The notes beneath the pieces were generated by a model. That model searched no databases. It saw nothing but the letters and a program-made list of their open reading frames with translations, and had not been told where the DNA came from. The translations under genes were made by a program, and so were the position numbers. From Nanobdellati archaeon (GTDB taxonomy: Archaea; EX4484-52; GLR71): a DNA stretch of 64,000 bases. Position 1 is the stretch's first letter. Every line of letters starts with the position of its first letter. The DNA lies in NCBI GenBank assembly GCA_019429125.1, contig JAHYJO010000002.1, positions 2,695 to 66,694 on the forward strand. The letters are read 5' to 3'. Positions 50,894 through 60,949 of the stretch are shown here, piece by piece.

Positions 50894-51586
50894 ATGGTAT
50901 TTAAAATAAATCGCATAACTACGGGTGTACCTGGAGTAGACTTGCTTATAGATGGGGGTGTTCCTGAAGGAAGTGTGGTACTTCTTTGCGGTGGTCCCGG
51001 TTGTGGCAAGACTACATTTTCATGTCAGTTCCTTATGAGCGGTCTTAAAAAAAATGAAAACGGTCTTTATATTACTCTTGAAGAAAGTCCTGAAGATATA
51101 AAAAAGGATGCGCTTTTGCATGGATGGGATTTTAGTAAGCATGAATCTGATGGTTCATTGCGCATTATGTATTATGATCCATTTGAGCTTAAAGAAATAA
51201 TAACACGATTGAAAGATCTCATAATTGTCAATAAGATAACAAGACTTGTTATTGATTCAGTAACACTTTTTGGTATGTACATTAAAGAAGAATATAATGT
51301 GCGTAAAGAATTGTATCATCTCATTTCAGCTTTTAAAGAGACTGGTTGCACCGCTCTTCTTCTGTCTGAAATCAGTGCGGGAGAACCAAATAAATATAGC
51401 AGGTACGGTGTTGAAGAATTTGTGGCTGATGGTGTTATTGTTCTTCATTACATGGGTATTGGTGAAGGTGTCTTTAGAAATATTGAAATTCGTAAAATGC
51501 GTAGAACAAAACATAAAAACGGAATGTTCCCATTAGTTCTTGATGATGAGGGTATGCATATCGATTCTGAGATGGCTAATTTTTAA
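50894..51586 (+). CDS. KaiC/RecA-superfamily single-domain ATPase (FlaH/KaiC-like)
   Basis: GVPGVDLLIDGGVPEGSVVLLCGGPGCGKTTF Walker A and a KaiC-like fold signature. Confidence 0.75.
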   Translation: MVFKINRITTGVPGVDLLIDGGVPEGSVVLLCGGPGCGKTTFSCQFLMSGLKKNENGLYITLEESPEDIKKDALLHGWDFSKHESDGSLRIMYYDPFELKEIITRLKDLIIVNKITRLVIDSVTLFGMYIKEEYNVRKELYHLISAFKETGCTALLLSEISAGEPNKYSRYGVEEFVADGVIVLHYMGIGEGVFRNIEIRKMRRTKHKNGMFPLVLDDEGMHIDSEMANF

Positions 51587-51889
51587 TTTTATTATTGGTA
51601 TCTGTTAAATGTTGTCTGCTCGGGTAGATTTCAAAGACAATTTTGTGTAATGTGTCTTCAGATATCTCTGTTAAGTATGAAGATTTCCAATTTTCAGATT
51701 TGATTAGTACTTTTGTAGTTTCAAAAATTAAAATGTTCATAACTGTTGCATATTTCTAGATTAATTTTTATTATATTTCAGAAGTTAATTGTGTATTTTC
51801 ATCTATTTGGCTAGTGAGGTCAGGATATGCTTGATATATGCGTTTATTACTGTATATTCCGTTTTTTTGAGATTACGACATGATTGATC

Positions 51890-53431
51890 TTATCCTTTAT
51901 TTAAGCTATTTATATCTTTTCCGTTGAATATTATAGCATCTATTGTATTTGCAATGTCTGCAATCTTTATCCTTTTTTGTTCTTGTGTGTCTCTATCTCT
52001 TATCGTGACTGTATTATTTTCTTTTGTTTCAAAGTCTATAGTTATACAGAGTGGTGTGCCTTTTTCATCCATGCGAGCATATCTTCGGCCTATTGAACCG
52101 CTTGCATCATATACTGCTGTCAGTCCGTGATTTTCTATCAGGTTTTCTGTCAGTTCTTCTGCTATTTCAGCAAGACCTTCTTTTTTTACGAGCGGGAAAA
52201 TTGCAACATGTATGGGTGCTATATCTTTTGGTACTGTAAGTATTGTCCTTTCAGCATTTTTTTTGTAGTTTATGTCAAGGAGTGCAAAAACAGGTCTGTC
52301 TGTGCCGAATGCAATCTCTATTATGTGTGGTACTATCTTGTTGTTATTTTCATCTAGAGCTTCAAGTTTCTTGCCTGAGGCTTTTGAGTGCTGAGTGAGG
52401 TCGTAATCGGCTCTGTCGTGGATACCGCAACATTCAACCCATCCGAAACTGTTGGTCTTTATCTCAAGGTCCCAGGCGTCATCAGCGTAGAATGCGCGCT
52501 CGTCAAGCGTATGCTGGCGTAATCGTATGTTCTCTTTAGGTATGCCTATTTCAGTGAACAGTAGGTATGCAAGGTTTACGGCCCAGGCATATGCTTTATT
52601 TTTGAAATATTTATTTTTTATTGCATCTTTAACTTTTGTTTCTTTTTGTGTCTCTTCTTTTTCTTGCATCTGGTAGGGCCATAGTGGTAGTTTGTTGTCG
52701 CTTATCTTTTCATATCTGTTCCAGATATCTTTCTGTTCAGGAAATACAAATATCTGGCCTTCTGCCTGTGTGAACTCTCGCATGCGCATTACGTGCTGTC
52801 TGGGGGATATTTCGTTTCGGTATGCTTTACCTATCTGAAACACGCCAAATGGCAGTTTTTTTCTAAAATAATCAACATATCTTATAAATGGGAGGTATGT
52901 GGTCGTTGCTGTCTCTGGGCGATTGTAAGCTTCTATATCTGTACCTATTTTTGTCTTCATCATAAGATTATGTTTTGTTATCTCTTTGTTGAATTCAGAA
53001 CCGCAAGTGGGGCATTTGATTTTATTTTTTTCAATGAAATCAAGAAGTTGCGTCTCTGAGAATGCGTCGGCTACTACGTCGTGTTTTTCTTCTATGATTT
53101 TATCTGCTCTGAAATTAGAGTTGCACTTTGAGCATTTTATTAGTGGGTCTGTGAAATTGTCCAGGTGACCTGATGCCTGCCATACTTCTTTTTGCATGAC
53201 TGTTGGGCATTCAACTTCCCACATGTCATTTTTATGGAATGTGGTTCTTATTTTGTTCTCTACATTATTTTTTAATTTTTTGCCTAATGGCGCATAAGTA
53301 TAAAATCCGGCAAGTCCACCATAAAGTTCTGGTTCAGGACCCCATATGAAGCCTTTCTGCTGGATGAAAGATATCAATTGTTCCTGAAACTTTTTTCTTT
53401 CTTTTTGCATTTTTAAAACCTGTTGTATCAT
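51890..53431 (-). CDS. glyS: glycyl-tRNA synthetase (archaeal/eukaryotic alpha2 type)
   Basis: N-terminal FIWGPEPELYGGLAGFYTYAPLG, class II motif 2 FRNEISPRQHVMRMREFTQAE, and the anticodon-binding GSIGRRYARMDEKGTPLCITID. Confidence 0.8.
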   Translation of the reverse strand: MIQQVLKMQKERKKFQEQLISFIQQKGFIWGPEPELYGGLAGFYTYAPLGKKLKNNVENKIRTTFHKNDMWEVECPTVMQKEVWQASGHLDNFTDPLIKCSKCNSNFRADKIIEEKHDVVADAFSETQLLDFIEKNKIKCPTCGSEFNKEITKHNLMMKTKIGTDIEAYNRPETATTTYLPFIRYVDYFRKKLPFGVFQIGKAYRNEISPRQHVMRMREFTQAEGQIFVFPEQKDIWNRYEKISDNKLPLWPYQMQEKEETQKETKVKDAIKNKYFKNKAYAWAVNLAYLLFTEIGIPKENIRLRQHTLDERAFYADDAWDLEIKTNSFGWVECCGIHDRADYDLTQHSKASGKKLEALDENNNKIVPHIIEIAFGTDRPVFALLDINYKKNAERTILTVPKDIAPIHVAIFPLVKKEGLAEIAEELTENLIENHGLTAVYDASGSIGRRYARMDEKGTPLCITIDFETKENNTVTIRDRDTQEQKRIKIADIANTIDAIIFNGKDINSLNKG

Positions 53432-53761
53432 TTTTGGTGAACAGATTTATAAATTATATATATATAGATTTGTTTTTTTGGGTGAGATGTTTGTTTTTTA
53501 TTGATGCTGAGTGAATATTGTAGTGTGATTCAAACCGAAAAGCTTATAAACTTGGGAGTTTTAATTCTGGCTTTGTGAAATAATGCGGGTGTGAAAATAA
53601 TTTAACAGTATTGAACTATAAGGTATCGGTTTTAGTAAGGATCTCTTCATCTTTTAATTAATAGTTTTAGCTTTAGCTATTGTTTTATTTTTTGAAGAGT
53701 TTCTTTATCTATGTTGGATATAGCTTTAGCTATATTTTGGAGTAATTAATTGGTGATATGA

Positions 53762-54040
53762 ATGAAAAATAAAATGAAAAAGAGTCTTGAACAGATAAAT
53801 GACATTGCAGTTGATGCGATGGGACAAAACCAGTATGTTTTGGTATTAGGCAACATATGTCGTCTAATTGAAGGGAAAACAAAATCTGATGCATTGAGAA
53901 AGTATATATCTAATTTTGATTTCGGTTTTAATATAGGTAATGTTTTTGAAGGACGTATAGAAGCTCTTAATAAATTGAAGTCTTTTAAGATGCAAACTGC
54001 AGAGCTATCATCAAATTGCGTTGAGATACCATGTGAATAA
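53762..54040 (+). CDS. hypothetical small protein
   Basis: 92-aa ORF, no motif. Confidence 0.3.
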   Translation: MKNKMKKSLEQINDIAVDAMGQNQYVLVLGNICRLIEGKTKSDALRKYISNFDFGFNIGNVFEGRIEALNKLKSFKMQTAELSSNCVEIPCE

Positions 54041-54055
54041 ATTAATGGTGTTGAT

Positions 54056-54340
54056 ATGAAACAAAAAGGATTTATGATGTCTATAAATGTGGTTGTATCT
54101 CTTGTTGTTCTTCTTGTGCTTGTATCCATATCTATAATCATTATAGGTGAGGATGCGACTACATTTGGTTCCGAATCAGAATCAAAGATTGATTTGGGTT
54201 CATCTGCAACATTGTGTCAGGTTGGTTGTTTTAAATGCTGTAGGTATTCTGAATCGCAATCTGGTCTGTGTGGTACTCAAGAAGATATGGTATTTGGGAC
54301 TGGTGGGTGTGTATGTTTATGTGCTTCCGGTTCTTTTTGA
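54056..54340 (+). CDS. small Cys-rich secreted/membrane-anchored protein with a class-III (prepilin)-like N-terminus
   Basis: MKQKGF followed by a ~25-residue hydrophobic stretch, then 10 Cys in the last 45 residues (CQVGCFKCC...CGT...GGCVCLC). Confidence 0.4.
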   Translation: MKQKGFMMSINVVVSLVVLLVLVSISIIIIGEDATTFGSESESKIDLGSSATLCQVGCFKCCRYSESQSGLCGTQEDMVFGTGGCVCLCASGSF

Positions 54341-54424
54341 TTTTTTTGATTTTGTGGTATTTGCATTATAGATAAATATATATATTTTAAATTCGAATAG
54401 AATGTAAGTTGTTGTGGTTATATT

Positions 54425-54853
54425 ATGGTGAAAAAATCGTCAAGTGATTTAAAGAAAAAGATAGAAGATGTTAAATATGAGGCTTTAGGTAAGATTGATA
54501 CTATTAAAAAAGAGTCATCAGGTAAAAAAAATGATAAAAAATCTAATAAAAAGGGAAAGTTATCAGTATTGTTTCTTATTTTCTCATTTTTAGAAGATAT
54601 GATAAAAAAAAGTGGTGATATTCTTGTTGCTTTTGCTGAGCTTGGTGTTTTTAGTAAAAATACAATTGAAAATATCAAGCACAAAGTCATGAAGTCATTC
54701 GTATTTGTGGTTCTTTTGATATTGGGCGCTGTGTTTTTTATACGTGGTGTGATAATATATCTTGAGCATGTGTTCCCACAGCTTGCTAATGGTACTTCTT
54801 TTGTGTTCATAGGGCTTGTTATAATGAGTATTGCTTACCTATATAATAAGTGA
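54425..54853 (+). CDS. hypothetical membrane protein with Lys-rich N-terminus
   Basis: 142-aa ORF with two or three TM helices. Confidence 0.4.
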   Translation: MVKKSSSDLKKKIEDVKYEALGKIDTIKKESSGKKNDKKSNKKGKLSVLFLIFSFLEDMIKKSGDILVAFAELGVFSKNTIENIKHKVMKSFVFVVLLILGAVFFIRGVIIYLEHVFPQLANGTSFVFIGLVIMSIAYLYNK

Positions 54854-54873
54854 ATTTAATAAGTGAATTTTTG

Positions 54874-54925
54874 GCACAGTTCAAAAATCGAGAGATTTTA
54901 AATATTTTTTAATTTTTTTCATTTA
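54874..54925 (-). mobile_element. truncated/divergent MITE end (solo terminal repeat)
   Basis: GGCACAGTTCAAAAATCGAGAGATTTTAAATATTTTTTAA matches the first ~45 nt of the inverted MITE end, then diverges. Confidence 0.4.
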
Positions 54926-55402
54926 TTTTTCAATACTCAATTTGACAGTTTGTATGCTAAAATAAAAATATGTTATATAGTTTGATCTATATTTAAATTC
55001 AGATTTAATCTTTAATAAAAATTAAGAAAATTCACAAAAATTAGCCAAATGAATTTGACAGTTGGGTTAAAATTTAGAAAAATTATGAAAAAAAGAGACA
55101 TTTAGTCTTATTTTTATCCCAAAATTAGTATATTTTAGTAAAAAATCAAGAAATTGTATGATTTAATCAAGCAAAAATGCTCAATAATTGCCAACTGTCA
55201 AATAGGTTTTCAGAATGAAATAGTGCTAAACTGTTAAACTTAGACTATATTATAAATTAAATAAGATGCCTATTTTGAGATGGTTGTTTTTTATTAAATT
55301 TTGACATTGCAACTCTTTTTTTAGACACATCAAATGAAAAATAAATTTGATAAATAGAATGAGTGATTGTAAAAAATAAAAAAATAAAAGTTTTTGAGGC
55401 TT

Positions 55403-55792
55403 TTATTTCTTTTTTGAATCTTTTTTTATCTCAGCTTCAAGTTTTTGTATTTTTGCTTCAAGAACCTTAATCTCTTTTTTTGTTGCGAGGTCTGTCTTTT
55501 TGATGATGTCTGTGACTTGACTGTTAATTGTAGTTTCAAGGTCTTTTGTGCTTTTCTTTGATTTTTCGATAAGTTCTGCGACAAGCTTTTTGCCTTCGTC
55601 TTTGTTGAGGTCACCTTTTTTAATCAGGTCTTTGACAAGTGCTTCTGCCTTATCTTTTGTTATTGCTGCAACACCTATGCCAAAAAGGCCAACCTTTCTT
55701 GCAAGATTGTATATGTCTGTTTTAGTTTCTGGTTGTTTTGCAGTTTCCGCTTTTGTAGTCTTCTTTTTTGTAACCATATTAATTTCCTCCAT
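55403..55792 (-). CDS. phasin-like / coiled-coil protein (start uncertain; 55777 is an alternative)
   Basis: IYNLARKVGLFGIGVAAITKDKAEALVKDLIKKGDL resembles the phasin (PHA-granule-associated) family. The longer track ORF, extending to 55864, runs into MITE copy C. Confidence 0.4.
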   Translation of the reverse strand: MEEINMVTKKKTTKAETAKQPETKTDIYNLARKVGLFGIGVAAITKDKAEALVKDLIKKGDLNKDEGKKLVAELIEKSKKSTKDLETTINSQVTDIIKKTDLATKKEIKVLEAKIQKLEAEIKKDSKKK

Positions 55793-55859
55793 TAAAAGAG
55801 TATGTTTTGTTTTATGGTAATTATTTGTATCTATAAAGATAAATAGGTTTGGATAATTT

Positions 55860-56033
55860 GGCACTGTTCAAAAAGTGAGTGATTTTGAATATTTTTTAAA
55901 TATTGTTTGTTTATAAACTCCTGCAGAGATCCATTTAATATACACATTTCACGTCGAATTACAAAAGAAATAAAGGTATTTAATTTAATTTAACTACATT
56001 CTGTTTGAAATCACTCGAAAAATGAACAGTGCC
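55860..56033 (-). mobile_element. MITE-like element, copy C (inverted relative to copies A and B)
   Basis: Reverse-complement match to copies A and B, flanked by a direct GATAATTT on both sides. Confidence 0.7.
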
Positions 56034-56325
56034 GATAATTTTGGTTGTTTTTTTTGGTTTTTATTGTTATGTGCACACTAGGATATATTTATAAAGCTAT
56101 CTTTGTATATTATTCTCGTTATGTATAAGGTTAGAAGAACATTATAGTTGATTTCTTGCTTTTTGTTCTTTGTGATATAATATAGATTATAGTTTTGTAT
56201 CTATAGTATTGTGTATATATATCCAGAAAATAAAAAGCATATAGATGTTTTCATTAATATCCTTATGATTTGATTTAGAATTGTTTTCTGTTAAAGAAAT
56301 AAATATAAATACGAATGTGATAACA

Positions 56326-57801
56326 ATGAATGAATTTGAAAAATTAGGACTAGATGAAGCTATACTTAAAGTTATAGTTGTTGAAAAATTTGAGAAGCCA
56401 AGTGATATACAGGTAAAAGCAATACCACTTATTCTTGAAGGTAAAGATGTTATGGCTGTATCTGCTACAGGTTCAGGTAAAACGCTCGCTTTTGCGGCAG
56501 GTATTATACATGATGCTAAAAGAGGTGCAGGGATTCAGGCATTAATACTTACGCCTACAAGAGAACTTGCAGAACAGGTTTCGGACTCGTTTAAGACATT
56601 CTCACAGTTTAAGAAATTGAGAATATTGCCTGTTTATGGTGGTGTGTCTATAAGTGCTCAGATACAAGGACTTAAGCAAGCTGATGTTGTTATAGCTACA
56701 CCAGGAAGGGTTCTTGATCATATTCAGAGAAAGACTATTGATTTAAGTTTAGTAAGTACACTTGTTTTTGATGAAGCTGATAGGATGCTTGATATGGGTT
56801 TTATTGATGATGTTAAAAAGATTACAACTAAATGTCCAAAGAAAAGACAGACTTTACTTTTTTCTGCAACATTATCAAAGAAAGTATATAGTCTTGCAAA
56901 AGGATATATGAATAATCCTGAATCTGTTTCTGTTGAATCTCGTGTTGATCCTACTAAATTGAGTCAGTGTTTTTATGATGTTCAGGATAATCTTAAATTT
57001 TCACTTTTAGTACATTTATTGAAAACTGAGAAATCAGGACTTGTGATGGTATTTTGCAATACTCAGAGAAATACTGATTTTGTTGCAAAAAACATTAAGA
57101 TGCAAGGTCTCGATGCGTCTGCAATTCATGGTGGTCTTACACAAGATAAAAGGACCAGGATTATGAAAAATTTCAATTCTAGTGATGTCCATGTGTTAGT
57201 ATGTACAGATGTTGCTGCTCGTGGTCTTGATATAAAGGGCGTGTCTCATGTATATAATTATGATGTGCCTAATGAAAGCGATAATTATATACACAGGATA
57301 GGTCGTACTGCACGTGCTGGTAAAGAAGGTAAAGCAATAACTATACTTGCAAGCAGAGATTATGGAAATTTCAGGAAAGTTTTAAGTGATACTGGTGTAA
57401 AGGTTGTAAAAGAAGATGTACCTGCTGTTGAACGTGTCAAGTTAACTGTTCCTGTCAGTTCTGATAGTGGTTCAGGTCGTGGCGGTTTCGGTGGAAATCG
57501 TGGCAGTTCTGGATTCGGTGGTAGAGGCGGTTCAGGTTCCGGTGGTCGAAGCAGTTCTGGTTTCAGTGGTCGAAGCGGTTCTGGATTCAGTGGTAGAGGC
57601 GGTTCAAGTTCCGGTGGTCGAAGCAGTTCTGGATTCAGTGGTAGAGGTGGTTCAGGTTCCGGTGGTCGAAGCAGTTCTGGATTCGGTGGTAGAGGCGGTT
57701 CAGGTTCTAGCAGTGGCGGATATGGGGCTAAAAAGACTGGTTTTGGTGGTAATAACAACCGTAAATCATCTGGCGCTGGTAAATCTTTTCAGAAAGATTA
57801 A
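56326..57801 (+). CDS. DEAD-box ATP-dependent RNA helicase with a C-terminal RGG/SG-rich low-complexity tail
   Basis: Q-motif, Walker A GSGKT, DEAD and SAT motifs, HRIGRTAR; then ~100 aa of repeating GGRSSSGFSGRGGSGS units. ATG 5 nt after GTGATA. Confidence 0.9.
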   Translation: MNEFEKLGLDEAILKVIVVEKFEKPSDIQVKAIPLILEGKDVMAVSATGSGKTLAFAAGIIHDAKRGAGIQALILTPTRELAEQVSDSFKTFSQFKKLRILPVYGGVSISAQIQGLKQADVVIATPGRVLDHIQRKTIDLSLVSTLVFDEADRMLDMGFIDDVKKITTKCPKKRQTLLFSATLSKKVYSLAKGYMNNPESVSVESRVDPTKLSQCFYDVQDNLKFSLLVHLLKTEKSGLVMVFCNTQRNTDFVAKNIKMQGLDASAIHGGLTQDKRTRIMKNFNSSDVHVLVCTDVAARGLDIKGVSHVYNYDVPNESDNYIHRIGRTARAGKEGKAITILASRDYGNFRKVLSDTGVKVVKEDVPAVERVKLTVPVSSDSGSGRGGFGGNRGSSGFGGRGGSGSGGRSSSGFSGRSGSGFSGRGGSSSGGRSSSGFSGRGGSGSGGRSSSGFGGRGGSGSSSGGYGAKKTGFGGNNNRKSSGAGKSFQKD

Positions 57802-57994
57802 TCTTTTTTTTAATTTATCTTTTTTCTCTTTTTTATATCATTTATTATATTTTTATTAAGGTAATCAAAGATTTGTTAAATAGTCTATTTTAGATATTAT
57901 GTTCTTAGGGTGTATGCCCTTACGGAAGATTCCTAGAAACCTTCTGTAGTGGAACTATGGTTTTTATTGTGGATATCAAATATATTAAAAGAGG

Positions 57995-58456
57995 TTACTT
58001 GAATCGGTACATATCTTTTTCCAGATCTGATCTTTTTAGAATTAGGTCGTTGCCTTCTATTGAGCTTTCAAGATATCCAGGCCAGCAACCGCCACCTTTT
58101 TTGTTCTTTGTGCCAAGATCTATTATATTATAGGCGTTGCCGCAATTGTTGCATATCATATCTGTACCTTCCTGACGATAACCTTTCTTTGCGCCGAAAC
58201 ATACGTCACAGGCGTCAAAAGCAGTCTTAATTGTTCCATCTTCAGCTTTGACAATAAAGTATTTGATGGTTGTGCCTTTGTATTCGTATGTGTACCATTT
58301 GGCTGTTTCTGATATGTCTGAGAGTGATATCTTTATTTGGTCATCACTTATTGTTGCTTGACCTGTTATTTTTTGAGTGTCTCCTTTTGTTAAAAATATT
58401 CCTGAAAGTAATGCAACTGCCAGTAGTATTCCAATTATTATTTTTTTATTGTTCAT
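57995..58456 (-). CDS. membrane-anchored zinc-ribbon protein (CDVCFG...CNNCG; DUF2318-like)
   Basis: N-terminal TM helix and two CxxC pairs. Sits downstream of, and co-oriented with, the HMA-domain protein. Confidence 0.45.
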   Translation of the reverse strand: MNNKKIIIGILLAVALLSGIFLTKGDTQKITGQATISDDQIKISLSDISETAKWYTYEYKGTTIKYFIVKAEDGTIKTAFDACDVCFGAKKGYRQEGTDMICNNCGNAYNIIDLGTKNKKGGGCWPGYLESSIEGNDLILKRSDLEKDMYRFK

Positions 58457-58473
58457 AATATATCATCTCTTTT

Positions 58474-59955
58474 TTAAGCTCCGCAACCACAGGTGCCACC
58501 ATTGCTCCCTCCACAAGACCCTGCTGTGGCTGTTGGTGTTGAGTCAAGTATCTGTTGTGTTTCTTGTGCTGTTGTTGGTGTGTCATCACCTGTTACGATG
58601 AAGGTTCCTTGAATCATGCCCATCCAGCAGCTCCAAGGGATGACTCCTTCTGTTTCGGGTGTGAATTCAATTGTTTGGATTCCACTTTTTATCTTGAAAT
58701 TCATGTTGAGAGAAGGGACTTGGATTGCGTTGTTGCATCCTGTAATCTCTTTTCCGTTTATTACCCATTTGACGGGAATACCTTTCTTTAGTATGAACTT
58801 ATTTGGTTCCCAGCCATATCGTGTGACATCCATGTTTATTATTTGGTAACCGTCTTCTATTTTTATAATGTCTTTTAATGTTGCGCTTGATGTGTCTTGT
58901 TTGCTTGCTATTTTGCTTGACTCTATAAGTGTGTTTGTATCAAAGCCTGTTCCAGTAAGTGAGAGTCCTGTGTTTACCATTACAAGTCCTAGGATAATCA
59001 CTATTGCTCCTGATGCTTTGAGAATTTTGTGAGTTGCATTTTTGGATATTACGTTTGTCAAGAGACCGAAGCTCATCATGACTGGTAATGTTCCAAGAGC
59101 GAATATGAACAGAAGTTTTGCGCCTTCAAACATGCTTCCTGTACTTGCTGCCATTATATATATTGCCTGCAAGGGTCCGCATGCAATCATAAGTCCGTTT
59201 AAGAGACCTATTGTAAGTGGGTTATTGTGCTCTCTTGATTCTTTTTTTATGAATTTGTTTAGGAATTTAGGTGAGCTTATGCGTATCTTTCTTAGTGCTG
59301 GAAATATGTTTAGCATGTTGAGACCGAAAACAATTAAGAAAATACCTGCAATTATTCCTGCCATACCTCGCATCATAGGGGTGAATGTGATTATTGATCC
59401 AAGAAGACCGAAGGTTGCGCCTATAACTGTATATGATACTGTCTTTCCAAAACCGTACATAAGATGTGACTTGTAGCTGCTTTTTCCGTCTTGTGCGTCT
59501 TTTGCAGTGTAACTTATCACAAAACCACCACACATGCTGATGCAATGGAAACCTGTCAGAAGCCCTACTAGGAACAAGAGTCCGTAACTCATGTTTGCGC
59601 TTATCTCTGGAAATGGGATTGATTCAATGTAGGGGAGAACATTCATGCCTATGATTAACAATCCTATCGTTCCGAATATTATGCCTAGAAGTTTTGTGTT
59701 GAACATGTTTCTGGTATCATTTGTGTCTGAACTGTTGTCTCTTATTTGGCAGGTGTATCCTTTTTTGTCAATTTTATTGAAAATCTTTTTGAGTGTTGTC
59801 TTTTCAGTATCAAAAGTGACTGTGCCTTGATTTTTACTGTAATCTATATTGACTTTTGATATGCCTTTTGAATTGTCTAATGTGTCTCTTATTAGAGTCT
59901 CACAGCTTTTGCAGTGCATGCCGTTAATATTAAATGTCTCTGTCTTTTTTGTCAT
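58474..59955 (-). CDS. HMA-domain membrane protein with DsbD/CcdA-like transmembrane core and a C-terminal cupredoxin-like domain (putative heavy-metal handling)
   Basis: N-terminal GMHCKSC heavy-metal-associated motif; a polytopic region containing HCISMCGG; a C-terminal beta-rich domain with GCNN...SCWMGM ligand-like residues. Confidence 0.55.
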   Translation of the reverse strand: MTKKTETFNINGMHCKSCETLIRDTLDNSKGISKVNIDYSKNQGTVTFDTEKTTLKKIFNKIDKKGYTCQIRDNSSDTNDTRNMFNTKLLGIIFGTIGLLIIGMNVLPYIESIPFPEISANMSYGLLFLVGLLTGFHCISMCGGFVISYTAKDAQDGKSSYKSHLMYGFGKTVSYTVIGATFGLLGSIITFTPMMRGMAGIIAGIFLIVFGLNMLNIFPALRKIRISSPKFLNKFIKKESREHNNPLTIGLLNGLMIACGPLQAIYIMAASTGSMFEGAKLLFIFALGTLPVMMSFGLLTNVISKNATHKILKASGAIVIILGLVMVNTGLSLTGTGFDTNTLIESSKIASKQDTSSATLKDIIKIEDGYQIINMDVTRYGWEPNKFILKKGIPVKWVINGKEITGCNNAIQVPSLNMNFKIKSGIQTIEFTPETEGVIPWSCWMGMIQGTFIVTGDDTPTTAQETQQILDSTPTATAGSCGGSNGGTCGCGA

Positions 59956-60032
59956 ACTATCCCCTTTTTGGATGATAACATTTTGATTGAAACACCTTAT
60001 AGTCTAATATGTGAAACTTATTGAAACCAGTT

Positions 60033-60521
60033 TCATTGACGTTTTAATATGACTATGTTTGTCATACCACGGCGTTTTCGTTCTATTATGTTTCGTGTCT
60101 CTAATCTGTTTAGAATTCGTGTAATTTTTACTTTGCTTAGTTTTGTTTTGTCTACAAGGTCTGATTGGAAAATTGTGTTTCCCTTTTCAAGGATGCACTC
60201 AAGGATAAGTTTCTCTTCAGGGTTTCTTGCTTTTTTAAGTAGGTCTGTCTTGTTTATCTTTGTATTTACTTTAGTTTTTTTCAATATGTGTTCTTTTATG
60301 TTTTCTGCGAATATCAAATATAATCCGATAATTATTAATGTTGTCATGATAGCTAAGCTTATGTTGGTTTGGAAATTTATGGAACCCCACATCGGGCATG
60401 CATCACCATGGTCACAGGAGACTGCGACAATATCTTTTAGCGCCTTGTTGAAAAGGTAGATTATGAAACCTACTAGCGCTGAAATGGTCAGTATAAAATA
60501 TCCTGTGGTCTTGTCTTGCAT
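60033..60521 (-). CDS. membrane-tethered winged-helix transcriptional regulator with a CDHGDACPMW Cys/His motif
   Basis: Two TM segments flank the Cys/His cluster; the C-terminus is wHTH-like (...KVKITRILNRLETRNIIERKRRG). Confidence 0.45.
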   Translation of the reverse strand: MQDKTTGYFILTISALVGFIIYLFNKALKDIVAVSCDHGDACPMWGSINFQTNISLAIMTTLIIIGLYLIFAENIKEHILKKTKVNTKINKTDLLKKARNPEEKLILECILEKGNTIFQSDLVDKTKLSKVKITRILNRLETRNIIERKRRGMTNIVILKRQ

Positions 60522-60565
60522 ATGTAGTTATGATTGTGAGAATATTATAAGTTTTGTGGATTTTT

Positions 60566-60811
60566 TTATTTACTTTTTCTATCTTTCACAGTATCATATA
60601 ATTTATAAGTTGCAGAAGTGAACCATACAAGGTTTAGTATTATAAATGGGATGCTATCTAGTGTGTATGCGTAGATAATTAGAAGGACTGAGCCTGCAAT
60701 ATTCATAAGTATTGAACTTTTTGAGTCGACTGATAATTTATGAAATTCGTCGAGAACAAATGCGATAAGTATTAGCACCATGCCGGGCAGGCCTATAAGT
60801 AATGGGTCCAT
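60566..60811 (-). CDS. hypothetical small membrane protein
   Basis: 81 aa, two TM helices. Confidence 0.3.
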   Translation of the reverse strand: MDPLLIGLPGMVLILIAFVLDEFHKLSVDSKSSILMNIAGSVLLIIYAYTLDSIPFIILNLVWFTSATYKLYDTVKDRKSK

Positions 60812-60949
60812 GTGTATTTTTTGTCTGTTTGGGTTTATATGTATTTGTTTGTGTTTGTTAGGATTTATGTCTGTATCTGTTATGTTTTTTTTGGATTTTA
60901 TGCAAAACTATATAAAAATATGATGGTGAAATCAGTATAGGTTAGCAAG

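Noticed and set aside
57360-57859. ORFs 57360-57758 (minus strand) and 57467-57859 (plus strand, alternate frame)
   Set aside because: They are alternate frames of the GGT/AGC-rich repeat that encodes the helicase RGG tail.
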